Assembly: GCF_006345805.1 (NCBI RefSeq)
Contig: NC_043003.1
Coordinates: 27,280,001-27,344,000, forward strand
Origin: Octopus sinensis
Lineage: Eukaryota
DNA length: 64,000 nt
Direction: 5' to 3'
In this document: in pieces, positions 25,400-39,576 of the stretch
How the letters are laid out: the number at the start of each line of letters is the position of its first letter
Numbering within the stretch: the first letter of the stretch is position 1
Notes under the pieces: generated by a model
Seen by the model: the letters and a program-made list of their open reading frames with translations, nothing else
The model's database searches: none
Told to the model about the DNA's origin: nothing
Position numbers and translations under genes: made by a program

Positions 25400-25556
25400 T
25401 TCTGAATGTAAGTTGAGTTCATTGTTTGAATAATTGTATCATAACCACCTGAAAGAGCAATTTTTTACAATTATGAAAAGTCGTAAAAGATGTAATGATA
25501 TAAGGAGATATAACAGTATGAAAATATGGCATACACATATATATACAAAGAAAACA

Positions 25557-25614
<58 letters not shown>

Positions 25615-25617
<3 letters not shown>

Positions 25618-27872
25618 CAACAATTGAGGGTAAAATTAATTAATTATTAATCAATTTCACCAAGTATTCAGTATGCAAAGGGACCATTTAAGGCGAATTC
25701 AAATTATTACATTATATAAAAGGGCTTAGTAAAATAAATTACTTTGCCACATACTGAACTCATTAGAAATAGTAGCCAAAAAAAAACTTTTTTAAAACTA
25801 TTTCTAATACTTAAAGAAAATCTCTCTCATATAGTGTTTGCTCAATTCAACTCACGAAAGTATGGGGGTAAAGACATTAAAAAATCAAATGCAAAGGTTA
25901 TTTGAGAACGTACGTTTCTAGATTAGTCAACTCGACATTTCTTTCGTCAGCTCAGAACTTCTTGGTTTGGATTTGAAAACACTGAAAGTGGGAGCATACC
26001 CTTTCGGCTTCTTATCGCTTCTGAAGATCTGCTCGAACTATCAGTGCCAGCAAACTCAAAATATGCAAGCGAAGAATTTCTGCTCTCCCCTTTCCACCAG
26101 CGTGGGTTAAAATCAGTAAACACTATGCTTTTTCGGTAAAATCCGAAGCATTAAATAGAGAGAGATGAATTATAATTTCAACAATTGAGGGTAAAATTAA
26201 TTAATTATTAATCAATTTCACCAAGTATTCAGTATGCAAAGGGACCATTTAAGGCGAATTCAAATTATTACATTATATAAAAGGGCTTAGTAAAATAAAT
26301 TACTTTGCCACTACTGAACTCATTAGAAATAGTAGCCAAAAAAAACTTTTTTAAAACTATTTCTAATACTTAAAGAAAATCTCTCTCATATAGTGTTGCT
26401 CAATTCAACTCACGAAAGTATGGGGGTAAAGACATTAAAAAATCAAATGCAAAGGTTATTTGAGAACGTACGTTTCTAGATTAGTCAACTCGACATTTCT
26501 TTCGTCACTCAGAACTTCTTGGTTTGGATTTGAAAACACTGAAAGTGGGAGCATACCTTTGCATATAACCTTTGCATTTGATTTTTTAATGTCTTTACCC
26601 CCATACTTTCGTGAGTTGAATTGAGCAAACACTATATGAGAGAGATTTTCTTTAAGTATTAGAAATAGTTTTTAAAAAGTTTTTTTTTTGGCTACTATTT
26701 CTAATGAGTTCAGTATGTGGCAAAGTAATTTATTTTACTAAGCCCTTTTATATAATGTAATAATTTTAATTCGCCTTAAATGGTCCCTTTGCATACTGAA
26801 TACTTGGTGAAATTGATTAATAATTAATTAATTTTACCCTCAATTGTTGAAATTATAATTCATCTCTCTCTATTTAATGCTTCGGATTTTACCGAAAAAG
26901 CATAGTGTTTACTGATTTTAACCCCGCTGGTGGAAAGGGGAGAGCAGAAATTCTTCGCTTGCATATTTTGAGTTTGCTGGCACACTGATAGTTCGAGCAG
27001 ATCTTCAGAAGCGATAAGAAGCCGAAGGGTATGCTCCCACTTTCAGTGTTTTCAAATCCAAACCAAGGAGTTCTGAGCTGACGAAAGAAATGTCGAGTTG
27101 ACTAATCTAGAAACGTACGTTCTCAAATAACCTTTGCATTTGATTTTTTAATTCTTTACCCCCATACTTTCGTGAGTTGAATTGAGTAAACACTATATGA
27201 GAGAGATTTTCTTTAAGTATTAGAAATAGTTTTAAAAAAGTTTTTTTTTGCTACTATTTCTAATGAGTTCAGTATGTGGCAAAGTAATTTATTTTACTAA
27301 GCCCTTTTATATAATGTAATAATTTGAATTCGCCTTAAATGGTCCCTTTGCATACTGAATACTTGGTGAAAATGATTAATAATTAATTAATTTTACCCTC
27401 AATTGTTGAAATTATAATTCATCTCTCTCTATTTAATGCTTCGGATTTTACCGAAAAAGCATAGTGTTTACTGATTTTAACCCACGCTGGTGGAAAGGGG
27501 AGAGCAGAAATTCTTCGCTTGCATATTTTGAGTTTGCTGGCACTGATAGTTCGAGCAGATCTTCAGAAGCGATAAGAAGCCGAAAGGGTATGCTCCCACT
27601 TTCAGTGTTTTCAAATCCAAACCAAGGAGTTCTGAGCTGACGAAAGAAATGTCGAGTTGACTAATCTAGAAACGTACGTTCTCAAATACCTTTGCATTTG
27701 ATTTTTTAATGTCTTTACCCCCATACTTTCGTGAGTTGAATTGAGCAAACACTATATGAGAGAGATTTTCTTTAAGTATTAGAAATAGTTTTAAAAAAGT
27801 TTTTTTGGCTACTATTTCTAATGAGTTCAGTATGTGCAAAGTAATTTATTTTACTAAGCCCTTTTATATAAT
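25615..27872. repeat. Array of ~560-bp units (about 1.7 forward, then about 2.3 inverted), each carrying a hammerhead-like motif
   Basis: Unit starts TTTCAACAATTGAGG at 25615 and 26176; inverted unit ends at 26852 and 27411; inversion junction at 26560-26565. Confidence 0.9.
27074..27125 (+). ncRNA. Hammerhead-like motif in array unit (also 27633-27684 plus, 25903-25954 minus, 26461-26511 minus)
   Basis: TGAG-CTGACGA-AAGAAATGTC(GAGTT)GACTAATCTA-GAAA-CGTACG-TT-CTCA. Confidence 0.6.
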
Positions 27873-28203
27873 ATATATATATATATTATATATATATATA
27901 ATATATATATATATATATACGTTATATATTTGTTGTGCAAGATTTTTTATGTGAAGGCGTGTGTTGAAACAGATATTGTTATATTTCGGAATGGTCATTT
28001 TGCCAGTTTAGCCAATAAAATAAGAAAGAAGAAAACAAAGGACCACTGGTGCGGTCACAGGAGTGTGACGAAAGAACCCTGACCGAAATAAGATTAAGAT
28101 TAATGTAAAAGATAAAAAATAAAAAATAAATAACACTGAAGCAAAATAACACCAAATATATAGTGCGTGTGTTTTTATTGGCTAAACTGGCATTCCGAAA
28201 TAT

Positions 28204-28301
<98 letters not shown>

Positions 28302-28679
28302 TTTATCGAGGATCGGAACTCAATCCTTGTTTTTGTTTATCTTTATTTTATTTACTGAGTTCTCTCTTCCATATTATACAAATATAGGGACATTTACTTA
28401 TTTAAGTAGCTTCAAATCTGGTTACTTCTAAACAAAAATGGTAATATTTTAATATCCATTATTATAGCCTAACTCTATATCTATGGGGTAATATAGGTTG
28501 TAGTTATTGTAGCTCTAAGTTTATCTTTATATTTATTACGGAATTCTCCCTCCGATAAGCTAAATAAATAAAGAACTTTTATTGTTAGTTGCTATAAACA
28601 ATTTTTTTTTTACATCAATAACTTTAAATAAAAGAGAAAAGTTGTTATAAATTACCAATATGATAGTGTAATATCATTT

Positions 28680-29880
28680 ATTCTTTTGTTCCAGTCATTT
28701 GACTACTGCCATGCTGGAGCACCGCCTTTAATCGAGCAAATCGACCCCGGGACTTATTCTTTGTAAGCCTAGTACGCTAAGTTACGGGGACGTAAACACA
28801 CCAGCATCGGTTGTCAAGCAACGATGGGGAGACAGACACAGACACACAAACATATACATATTGTTACGAACATGCCGTCGCTCAACTCGAACCCGGGACC
28901 CTACTAAGTCGAGCGACGACGATGACCAGGCTCAGTCAAACGGGAATCCGCCACACAGAAAACGGTGGTGGAGATGGCAGCGAACTCAAACCGGTAACCG
29001 GAGATAACAACAACAACAACAGGAAGAGAGAGACACGGCGGAAGGCAGTAGCTTATATTTACAACAGTTTATACAATTTTTACAACATCAAATAAAACGT
29101 AATACATATCAGATACATTAAAGAAAATAACATGCAACAGAATTAAAAAGAAAACCAACAAAAGTATGCACAATACAACAAGTCCGAAGACAATCAAAAA
29201 CAGTTCAAATCAGTCTTTCTCTTTCTTTAACACAATGTTCTTTTCCTTTTTTTTAACACAATTCACAGTTCTTTTTCTTCTTTTTACAACAGATTACAGT
29301 TTACGTCATAATCTCGTTTCTTTTACATTTCACATCAAAAACATAAACAAAACATACCGCATGTTTCCTCGTTTACAAACTCCTACTACAAGCATTCTAG
29401 CCTTCTCGCCGTAATCTCCCTTTCGCTTTACATGTCCTCAATACTATCTGCCTGTCCCTCTCGCCTCTTGCCAACTGTCATCTCTGCATCGACCCTCACG
29501 CCAACTGACTCTGTTGCCAACTCAACTCCTCTTGCCAACTGCCATCTCTCAGGCAAAACTGACCAACCCAGGCCAACAGCTCCCGCATTTTAAAGGGTAG
29601 CATTTTTTTCCTTAAACTTTGCCTGACCGGATAGGGTCAGATGTTTCTTCCAAACTCATTAATTTCCCTAGAAATTGACAGGACAAAGGCTTTTCCCCGT
29701 CTGTCTGGCGCCAAACCACGAAACCAGGCCACAGCACTCTTTCTCCGAATGACCCCGTATCAATATATATATATATATATATATATACACGACAGGCTTC
29801 TTTCAGTTTCCGTCTACCAAATCCACCGGAACCATGTGGTTGGTAAGCGAGCTACTTACCACACAGCCACTCCAGTTCCT
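28680..29880 (-). mobile_element. SINE (second family) split by a solo LTR
   Basis: 3' half at 28680-28860, 5' half at 29763-29880. Confidence 0.75.
28862..29762. mobile_element. Solo LTR, probably Gypsy-type
   Basis: Starts TGTTACG, ends CGTATCA, flanked by ATAT on both sides. Confidence 0.6.
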
Positions 29881-30718
29881 ATATTATTTATATTTATTTA
29901 CATGTTTTATTACAGTCCCTGAATTGAGTAAGACCCTGATACTTAATTTATATACCTATACATTGTTGTTGTGTGTTATTATAAAAGCCAAAGATTGTCT
30001 TCGACCCAAACGATTTGGGATTAATGTTATTTGATAGATAGAAATATATTTCGATAGTTGTAGACTCTATTTCCTTAATTATTTTGTCCGTTATAATTTT
30101 ATTGTTTTTTTAATTGTAATTGTTATGTAGTTGAAAAGTTAACGCTCACGCTCATAATACACACATTTGAATTATTTTTTTTACAATCCAACCGTCCTTT
30201 CACACGGAATTTCGTCTGTCTGTAAACCAAAGCTCTGATGAGACCTATATAAGTAGATATGCATTGTATAAAGCAAATAAGATATATAAGTCGTAACAAA
30301 TTGTTGGCTATTTTGGTTTTTTGATGTTGTTTTATGTTATATTATATTATATTCATAGTATATTATGTTATAATATAATATAAATAAATTATCGGATTGT
30401 CAATTGAATCTCTCTATTTAATTTATTGTTTATGTGTGTGTGTGACGAATATATTAAATTTATAAGATGTAATTATAAATAACAGAAAAAATATAAATCT
30501 AAGTATCATATTGCATTACATCTCACTATGCTTACCTGCAGAGAGAAGTAACATACTCCGTAAATCATAGAATGTTACACTAGTATATACGAAGGTAAAT
30601 AGGAATACAAAATATAACATTTTACGATATAATACAATGTAAACTGCAAGAATAAATAAAATATAGTACACCAAAAAAATAAATAAATAAAATGAAATAT
30701 ATATTTATATGTTTATAT

Positions 30719-30800
<82 letters not shown>

Positions 30801-30923
30801 TATATATACAAATAAAGAAATTCGGGGTGAGTACTTGATAATTGTACGCACCTGTATATACCGTTTGGTGGTGTAGGTGGTGGAGTAAATTAATCAAAAT
30901 AAAAACACGATGCCAAGGATTCA

Positions 30924-31001
30924 GCGGTACATATGTTTCGGGCCTTTATTAGACGGATTTATAACAATGCATAATGTGTGTCTGTGGCCTTCTTCAGCCG
31001 C
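30924..31001 (-). ncRNA. Type I hammerhead-like motif
   Basis: GCGG-CTGAAGA-AGGCC...GGCCC-GAAA-CATATG-TA-CCGC. Confidence 0.55.
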
Positions 31002-31863
31002 GCACAACTACTTCCTCAAGGACATGTATTACATCAAAAATTCTTGGTTGGGGATGCAAATCCTCTCATTCGAGTACGACATAATGCGGCAACAGCATAA
31101 AAATGAAGCGTCCATCTCGTTCTTCTCTCAATGTAGAATGAGGAAGTTTGGATGTTGAGGTAATATAAATAAATGAATAAATAAATATATACATATATAA
31201 ATGCAGACAGACGTGAAGGAACCTAGTAATAAGAGCAAATAGAGATAAAGATGGAGGGGCGAGAATTCAGGACGAAGGATAAAAAATATATAAAAAGTGT
31301 AAGTATAGAAAAATATAAAAATGTAGAGTATAAAGATATAAAGAGATATAAAAAATATAAAAATATATAAATGAATATAAAGGTATAAAGTTATAAAAAA
31401 ATAAAATAAAAAAATTAAAAATAAAAAAATTAAAAAATTAAAAAAAATAAAACATAAAAAATAAAGAAAATAAAAAATAAAAATTAAAAAATAAATGTGT
31501 ATGTAAGTGTATGCGCACACGCACGTATAGACACACAGATGTGTGTGTGTGTGCGTGTGGATACGTGTGCGTGGGTCCGTGTGTATGTATATATGCGTGT
31601 ATGTATGCATTTGACTGTATCCTGTTAGGTGGCTAGTCCAGCGGAACGAGACGTCATCAATGTTTTGACCAATCATCTCGTTAGGTGGCTAGTCCAGCAG
31701 AACGAGACGTCATCAATGTTTTGACCAATCAGAATTAGCTGTATCGTATGTGGAAACCGACCAAGCAGGGTGACAATAGCTTGCCCACTGAGGTAATACG
31801 TCATCAGTTTCTTGACGAATCAGGATTAGATCTGCTCGTAGAGATCTTTTTATAAATTTTTTT

Positions 31864-31898
<35 letters not shown>

Positions 31899-32620
31899 CA
31901 GCGTATTTAATCGATCAATTGGCTTACTGATCAATTGATTGTTTAGCCAATCAGTTGTTTGATTGATTAGTTAGTTCACTGATTATGTACTGAGTAGTTA
32001 ACCAAGAGACTGATCGGTGGCTTTATAAATTTTCAATTTAGACCATTTTTTAACCCTTTTCTTACCTCCTTTTAACCATATTTAATCTTAAATGCCCAAG
32101 GAAATTTTTTCATTGTTATTTTTTTTTATTTTACACTTCTATTTTATTGAGTTAAAAGGCTTTATAATACTTTCCTCCACCTTCTAAATTCCTAATTGTC
32201 CAAATAGGTAGTTCTCTAAATTTTAATGTTACCTTATTATTCTTATTTTATCTCATTTTATTGTATTTGATTTTAGTTTTATTTTGGGCCCCTTACAGCA
32301 TATATAATTTATTTATTTATTTGTTTATTTATTTATTTTACCCCTATCAACAGTTTTAATAACCGGTCTGTTGTTTCTATATTCTAACTAACCAATTATA
32401 TCGGGCATTTGACCCTGGTCTATCTCACTTTGGGCAATGGGTGGATTGACTGAAATGCCTACTATTAAGTAAAAATTACATTTATCGATAAGCACTTTAT
32501 TATGATCAATACTATTACTTAGTACTACAAACATAATTATTAATAATTATTATAATTATTATTTTAACACCTTACTGCATCTTTACTCTTTGCCTCACCT
32601 ATCCTATTTGCGTAAACAGC

Positions 32621-32659
<39 letters not shown>

Positions 32660-32666
<7 letters not shown>

Positions 32667-33001
32667 GAGTGAGAGAGCAGTTCATGCCATCAAAGTGACA
32701 CTGGGGTAAAATATACGAAGCCCAATATACCCATCATGACTACCCGTCTGATAAGGGTACACCAGGCACATGCATCACAACCATATGTGCGCGACATGGT
32801 GATCTCATATCAAGATAAAACAGCACATGACCTTGCAGGTGGGGCCCAGTTAGAATTTTCTTCGGGTTGAGTAGCCTATCCCGCTCAAAAGGTCCCTGAA
32901 TAAGGGTTGCTTAAGGATGTTGAAAGAACCACCCATGTTTCCAGAGGTGAATTATTCAAACCCCAAAGAATCCCTCTCAACACATGGCTATGATGCTCCC
33001 C
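32660..33001. mobile_element. ~340-bp unclassified insertion inside an (ATT)n tract
   Basis: Flanked by (ATT)n on both sides; no ORF. Confidence 0.5.
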
Positions 33002-33002
33002 C

Positions 33003-33048
<46 letters not shown>

Positions 33049-33469
33049 TATTCAACCTATGCCCCCCCCCCGTAATATAGAACAATCCAACCAAATATCC
33101 CTTTAGGAGTTTAGTCATTTACTTAACGTCCTAGTGAGATACACACGTAACATGACATGATTCTCATCATATTCAACCTTTCTTTCTTCTTATCTGGTCT
33201 CTTCTTTTTATTTATTTATTTATTTTCCACTCTGATGAAGTTCCATGATTCAAATCAGTTTTATTACCAACTATGATATATTTTAGCATAATAATAGTGA
33301 TACATTGGCAGCAGAAACAGCTGTTAGATGGGATGCAGTATTTTTGTAAATAATAAATAATAATTGATGCAAATCAATTGTTGTTCATCTAAAAGGCCGA
33401 TTTTTTCCAATTTTAATATCAAAACAAACGCAGTTATAATGAAAACAAAAGGCATCTGAGGAGTGATGC

Positions 33470-34315
33470 ATACCCTGCGCGCAGATAATTTTTTTCTCAA
33501 ATTATCGTAAAGCTTATAATGCGTTGCTTACCCATGCTTTTTAACTGAACCGAATTAAGGTGATCAAAAGAGGATTAGAAGGCTAAGAACGCTGAAATTA
33601 AGAAATAAACTCGTAAATAAACGAAACCCTCGAATCCATCACTGTACACACACACGCACACACACACACACACAGTCGAACATGTATGTATGTATGTATG
33701 TATGTATGTATGTATGTATGTATGTATGTATGTATGTATGTATGCGTGTATGTATGTATCCACACGTGTCTACGCGCATAGGTAATAGGTACACCATGAT
33801 ATAAACACACGCAGACGAGGATCGGTTCATATGAAAAAGAAAGCGATGAAAATGAAATACTTATAGAAAATATTGCATAGCAACGTCTGAAAATGATGGC
33901 AGGTGAATCAAACGCACTGTACTTCGTTGTAGGACATAAATAATATGAACACCTGCTTACTGGGAAATTTGTAAGTTCAATTTTTTTTTTATAATTCTTT
34001 TTTTTTTAAGTATCACCATTATAGGTATTTATACTACGATGAAATTAAGAAATCAATTCGTAAATAAACGAAACCCTCGAATCCATCACTGTACACACAC
34101 GCGCGCGTACACACACAGAGTCGCATATTTGTGTATGTGTTTATGTATGTTTGAAGATAAACTAAATTTTCATCATTTCAAGCTACTCACCCAATGAGTA
34201 TTTCTGCCAAATTTGGTGAAAATCCTTTCAGCTGTTTTCTGGTAATTTTGCAAACACACAAACACAGACGAATGATTACAATACCCTGCTTTAGCTTACG
34301 CACGCAGGGTAATAA
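33470..34315 (+). mobile_element. Possible Helentron-associated (DINE-like) non-autonomous element
   Basis: TACCCTGCG at the 5' side, 3' hairpin TACCCTGC...GCAGGGTA, internal ~55-bp direct repeat and microsatellite. Confidence 0.35.
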
Positions 34316-34832
34316 TAATAATAATTACATATGGAAAAATAATCCTTCAAATCATTCCAAACATTTTTTGCGGCACACACAAAAAGACATACATACATTT
34401 ACACATTTATTGGAATATAAATAATACACCGCTAATACTAACACAATATTGGAATACAATATTTTTTTTTAATTATTGTCTTCCATACATTAACATTTTG
34501 GAAATGACTTTTTTGTATGCGTATACTGAAATTGAAAAATTGATGTGACCATGATAGTCTGTTGATTTGGTGAGCTAACTGTCTATACCTGCATTCGTTT
34601 GTAAAATGTACAGTAGTACTGTGCAATTTATAACATACACACTAATGCAGATATGTAAAATAATTTATTATACACTAGAATAAATTATTTTTGTATGATG
34701 TTGGCTGCGAAACAGCCGTCATCTTATGGATATCAACTGATGAAATAAATATATTCATCTCATACCGGATCTTTGTGGTTTTCATTACTGTTTGCAATTA
34801 TCTTTAAAAAAAGTTTTTTAATGTATCATATA

Positions 34833-36012
34833 CGAGGGGTGTCTGAAAAGTCTTGAGCCTCAAAAAAACAAAACATAGTACAAGACTTCTGATGACTGAA
34901 CACTAAGAAACTTCCTACAGTGTCTATGACGTCATTGTCAGTGGCAAAATGGCAACCAGCCAGGTCTTTTTTCAATTTTGGGAATAGATGAAAGTCAGAG
35001 GGGACTAAGTCTGGCGAATAAGGGAGATGGGGAACAAGTTCGTCTCCACAATCACGAATTATTGAGGTGTGGGCTGGAGCATTGTCGTGATGAAAAAGGA
35101 CTCCTCTGGTGAGCATTCCTGGCCTTTTTTCTTTGATTGCTTCCTGGAGGCATTACAGTACCTGAGAATAATACAGCCCTGTCACAGTGTGACCCTTTCC
35201 AAGGTAATCGATCAGCAAGACACCTTCAGAATCCAAAAAAACTGACGCCATGACCTTGCCAGCTGAAGGAATGACCTGGCCTTCAGGAGAAGATGATGTG
35301 CTTCCATTGCTTTGATTGTTCTTTGGTTTCAGGCTGGTAGTGATGAACCCAACTTTCGTCCATAGTAATAAAACGAACAAGAAAATTCTCTTCATCGGCT
35401 TCAAACAGTTCCAGATTGCTCGTGGACAAAGTGCACCTAGTGCGTTTCTGTTCAGGAGTCAAAACCCGAGGAACCCACCTTGCAGAAACCTTTGAGAACC
35501 CATGTTCTTTTGTCCCAATGTTGTCTGCTTTTTCATTTGAGATGCCCAGTCTCTCAGCTATCTGGCGACATGATATTCGACGATCTTGCGTTATCATACC
35601 AAGAGCAAGGTCAATGTTGTCCTCGGTGGTTGCAGTTGGAGGCCTCCCTGGTCTGGGATCATCTTCCACACTCTTCCTGCCACGCTGGAATTCATTTACC
35701 CAGCGTTTGAATGTTGCATATGAAGGAGCATTTTCTGTTAAGGTTCTCACCATATCTTCATGGATTTCTGATGGAGTCATGCCTTTCAAATGAAGGTACT
35801 TCATTACAGCACGATACTCAGTTTTCTCCATTTTCCTTGTAACCTCGACACTTGTTTATTCAAAAATCTGTAACAAAAAAAAAATTAAAATATCAGAATC
35901 ATAAAAATGAGCAAGAATACTCCGATAAGACTGTACTTACCAGAAAACATTGTTTCAGCTACCTAGCAGCCCCGTTTCTATGTTAGGCTCAAAACTTTTC
36001 ATACACCCCTCG
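34833..36012 (-). mobile_element. Near-full-length mariner with frameshifted transposase
   Basis: TIRs CGAGGGGTGT-TGAAAAG, TA flanks; WVPRVL, ITMDESWVHHY, FHHDNAPAH, PYSPDLVPSDFHLF. Confidence 0.95.
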
Positions 36013-37084
36013 TAGATGTAACTTTTGACGCTAAATCCGAATTTGTTATTCATTTATTCCGGAAAAATCTTGCAAAAATGTTACGGGTGTTCAAAGTTTG
36101 ATAATTTTCAGAATTTTCAACCAATCAGAAAACAGCGCGTTCACTGCCTCTTCCATCATCAGGACGTGGAGGCGGGGAGCATCAGCATGTCAAAACATCA
36201 AACCAGGTACGCGAGCAAATGAAATATTTAAAATCTACGAACAAACAAAACCAACAGGAGTTACTAGAAATAATAGTCAAAACATAAAAATATACACCAG
36301 TAAAATTTATATTAAAACATTCGCGAGCAAAGCTACGAACAAGCCAACAGAAATAACAGACAAAACATTGTTTAAAACAGACGTTTATTAGTTAACAAAA
36401 ATTCAAGCACGAAAGTTTGCAGTACACTCTAGGATTTTATAAAATAAATTATCTTTCTCGTATCTCCTTCTCTGCATAAATTCACAATTATAAGAGTCAA
36501 CCATGTCCAGGTACTTTCAATTATAGTGCAAGTAGTGGTTACACTCCTTGTGCGTATGTGCAGCATCTTTGGTTACTATGAAAACAGAGTTCTTCGCAAT
36601 CAGCTATGGAACAAGTGGTGCTTCTTTGCTTTGGTTACTATAGAAACAGACTTCTTCGTCACGGTGATGTCTAAAGTACTCGCTTCTTATTAGCTAAAAT
36701 ACCCAAATGTTGAAAATCTTAAAAGCTAATAATTTTTTAATAATGGGTTTATAGGGGAAAATGAATTGCATTTTCATAATTAGTATACAAAACTGAATCC
36801 ATATGCCAAATTTGAAAACAACTGGAACAAAATTGTAGACAGTGACGAAAACCACAAAGATCCCTCATACCTCCCAACTTTCTTTATACTCTATAATCCT
36901 CATGAAATAATCTACACTGATTGAATTTACTGGATTTCAACTGCGTAGGATTCTATATTACACTCCTGCATAATGGTTCACTAAGTGGTTTACTATGTGG
37001 TTTGTAGCTTGGTCCACTGAATGAGCGTTTTTGTGATAACCCATTGGATTACATAAATCCATATGTTGTTTATTAAAGTTATAA

Positions 37085-37630
<546 letters not shown>

Positions 37631-37995
37631 AAGAAGGTTTGAAAATGCAATTTAAAAGATGTTTATTTACTTAACCGGTTTCACTCTTTGGAAAAAGTAA
37701 CATATGGAAGTTTGGTTGCGTTAATTATTGGTTGTTGCAAATTGCCACATTACATGTATATATACAGTCTTTGGTAACAGGGACATGTTAAGGACATAAA
37801 AAAAGTACAACAGTATGATGAGAATATTTGAAAAAATGGGCAGAAAAGATTAAAACAAATATATTATACATCTCGGGGTAATTTCCAGGAGGAAATATCG
37901 TGATGTGTTCATATGTACATGGAGGTGCGTTACCGCCAATGTTTTTAAGCATATAATTCCACTCGTGCGATACCCCACAACTCAACTTTGTTATA

Positions 37996-38094
<99 letters not shown>

Positions 38095-38435
38095 ATATAT
38101 ATATATATATATGTATGTATGTACTGGCGTATAAAGTGAATATATACACTCATTGCTACATAATAGAAACACACACATGTATATAAGTATATATGTGCAC
38201 ACATGTGTGTACATAGACATGCACATATACACCTACATACATACGTGCATACACACACACACAATATACATATAATTATACATATTACATCTATGAGACA
38301 TTAACATGGGCTCGAATATATTCACAAGTGCGAATAAATGAATAACTAAATCATACTTAAATATCTGTCAGCATATATACACAACAGTTTATATACATGC
38401 TGACAGAGACACCTGTATACGTACATAAAGGAATA

Positions 38436-38540
<105 letters not shown>

Positions 38541-38639
38541 TGATAATGATTATAATAACAACCAGAATAATAAGTACAAGGACATGAATAATTACGCAAG
38601 AAGAGACTGCACAATCAATTCCATGTAGCCACAACAGAA

Positions 38640-39400
38640 ATAGCTGGAAAAATAGGTGGTATTGGCTGATGAAAGGAAGCCTAAAAAAGGAGACCGAGAA
38701 CACTATACTGGCAGCACAGGACCAAGCTCTGGCCACGATCTGGAGGATCAATCTGAGGAATTAGCAACGTCTCCGCTGTGCCGCATCAGCAATAGAGTGG
38801 ATGAAACCATTGCCCATATCACGAATGAATGCCTTAGACTTGCACAAAGCCACTACAAATTGTGGCGACACGACCAGGTAGCGAAAGTGCTACATTGGAA
38901 ACTGAAAAGTGGGGGCTAGAGAGAGATATGATGTGGTATGAGCACAAACTGCAAAGAGTGACAGAGTTGGAGACTAGCAAAATCCTCTGGGATCAGGTGC
39001 TAGAACATAATAGACCAGACCTAGTGGTGGTGGACAAGGTGCACCACATATGCTATATAGTTGAAAGTGCATGCTCCTTTGACCCACGAATAGTCAAGAA
39101 GAAAGGCGAACTGATAGATAGATGTAACCCTCTTAAGTACGAAATAGCCCGGCTATGGAAAATGAAGAAGGTGAAGATAGTGCCAATTATGGTTGGGTCC
39201 TTGGGAACAGTATCAGAAGGCATCATGAGGAATATAAAGGAAAATGGAATAGAGTGCCCAGTAGAGCTGTTACAAAAGGTTTGCCTCCTTGGCATGGCCA
39301 GAATAATCAGCTGAAAAGAACGAATAGCATGGTACCATAGGCTGCAGGTACTAAGACCGCTTTGCATGCAAGACTCCAGGAGCTCCAACAAAACCTATTA
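38640..39400 (+). mobile_element. R4/Dong-type 3' fragment (RLE domain)
   Basis: DETIAHITNEC...RHDQVAKVLHWKL, NRPDLVVVDK, IVPIMVGSLG. Confidence 0.85.
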
Positions 39401-39576
39401 TGATGATGATGATAATAATAATAATAAGAAGAAGAAGAAGAAGAAGAAGAAGAGAGAAGAAGAAGAAGAAGAAAGAAGAAGAAGAAGAAGAAGAAGAAGA
39501 AGAAGAAGAAGAAGAAGAAGAAGAAGAAGAAGAAGAAGAAGAAGAAGAAGAAGAAGAAGAAGAAGAAGAAGAAGAA
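39400..39576. repeat. (GAT)(AAT)(AAG)n microsatellite
   Basis: Seen directly. Confidence 0.95.

Noticed and set aside
24556-25405. Identical 60-66-aa ORFs on both strands as duplicated genes
   Set aside because: A by-product of the palindrome; hydrophobic AT-rich translation with no family features
25615-27872. CRISPR-like or satellite-gene interpretation of the array
   Set aside because: Units are ~560 bp and near-identical with no unique spacers; the context is eukaryotic
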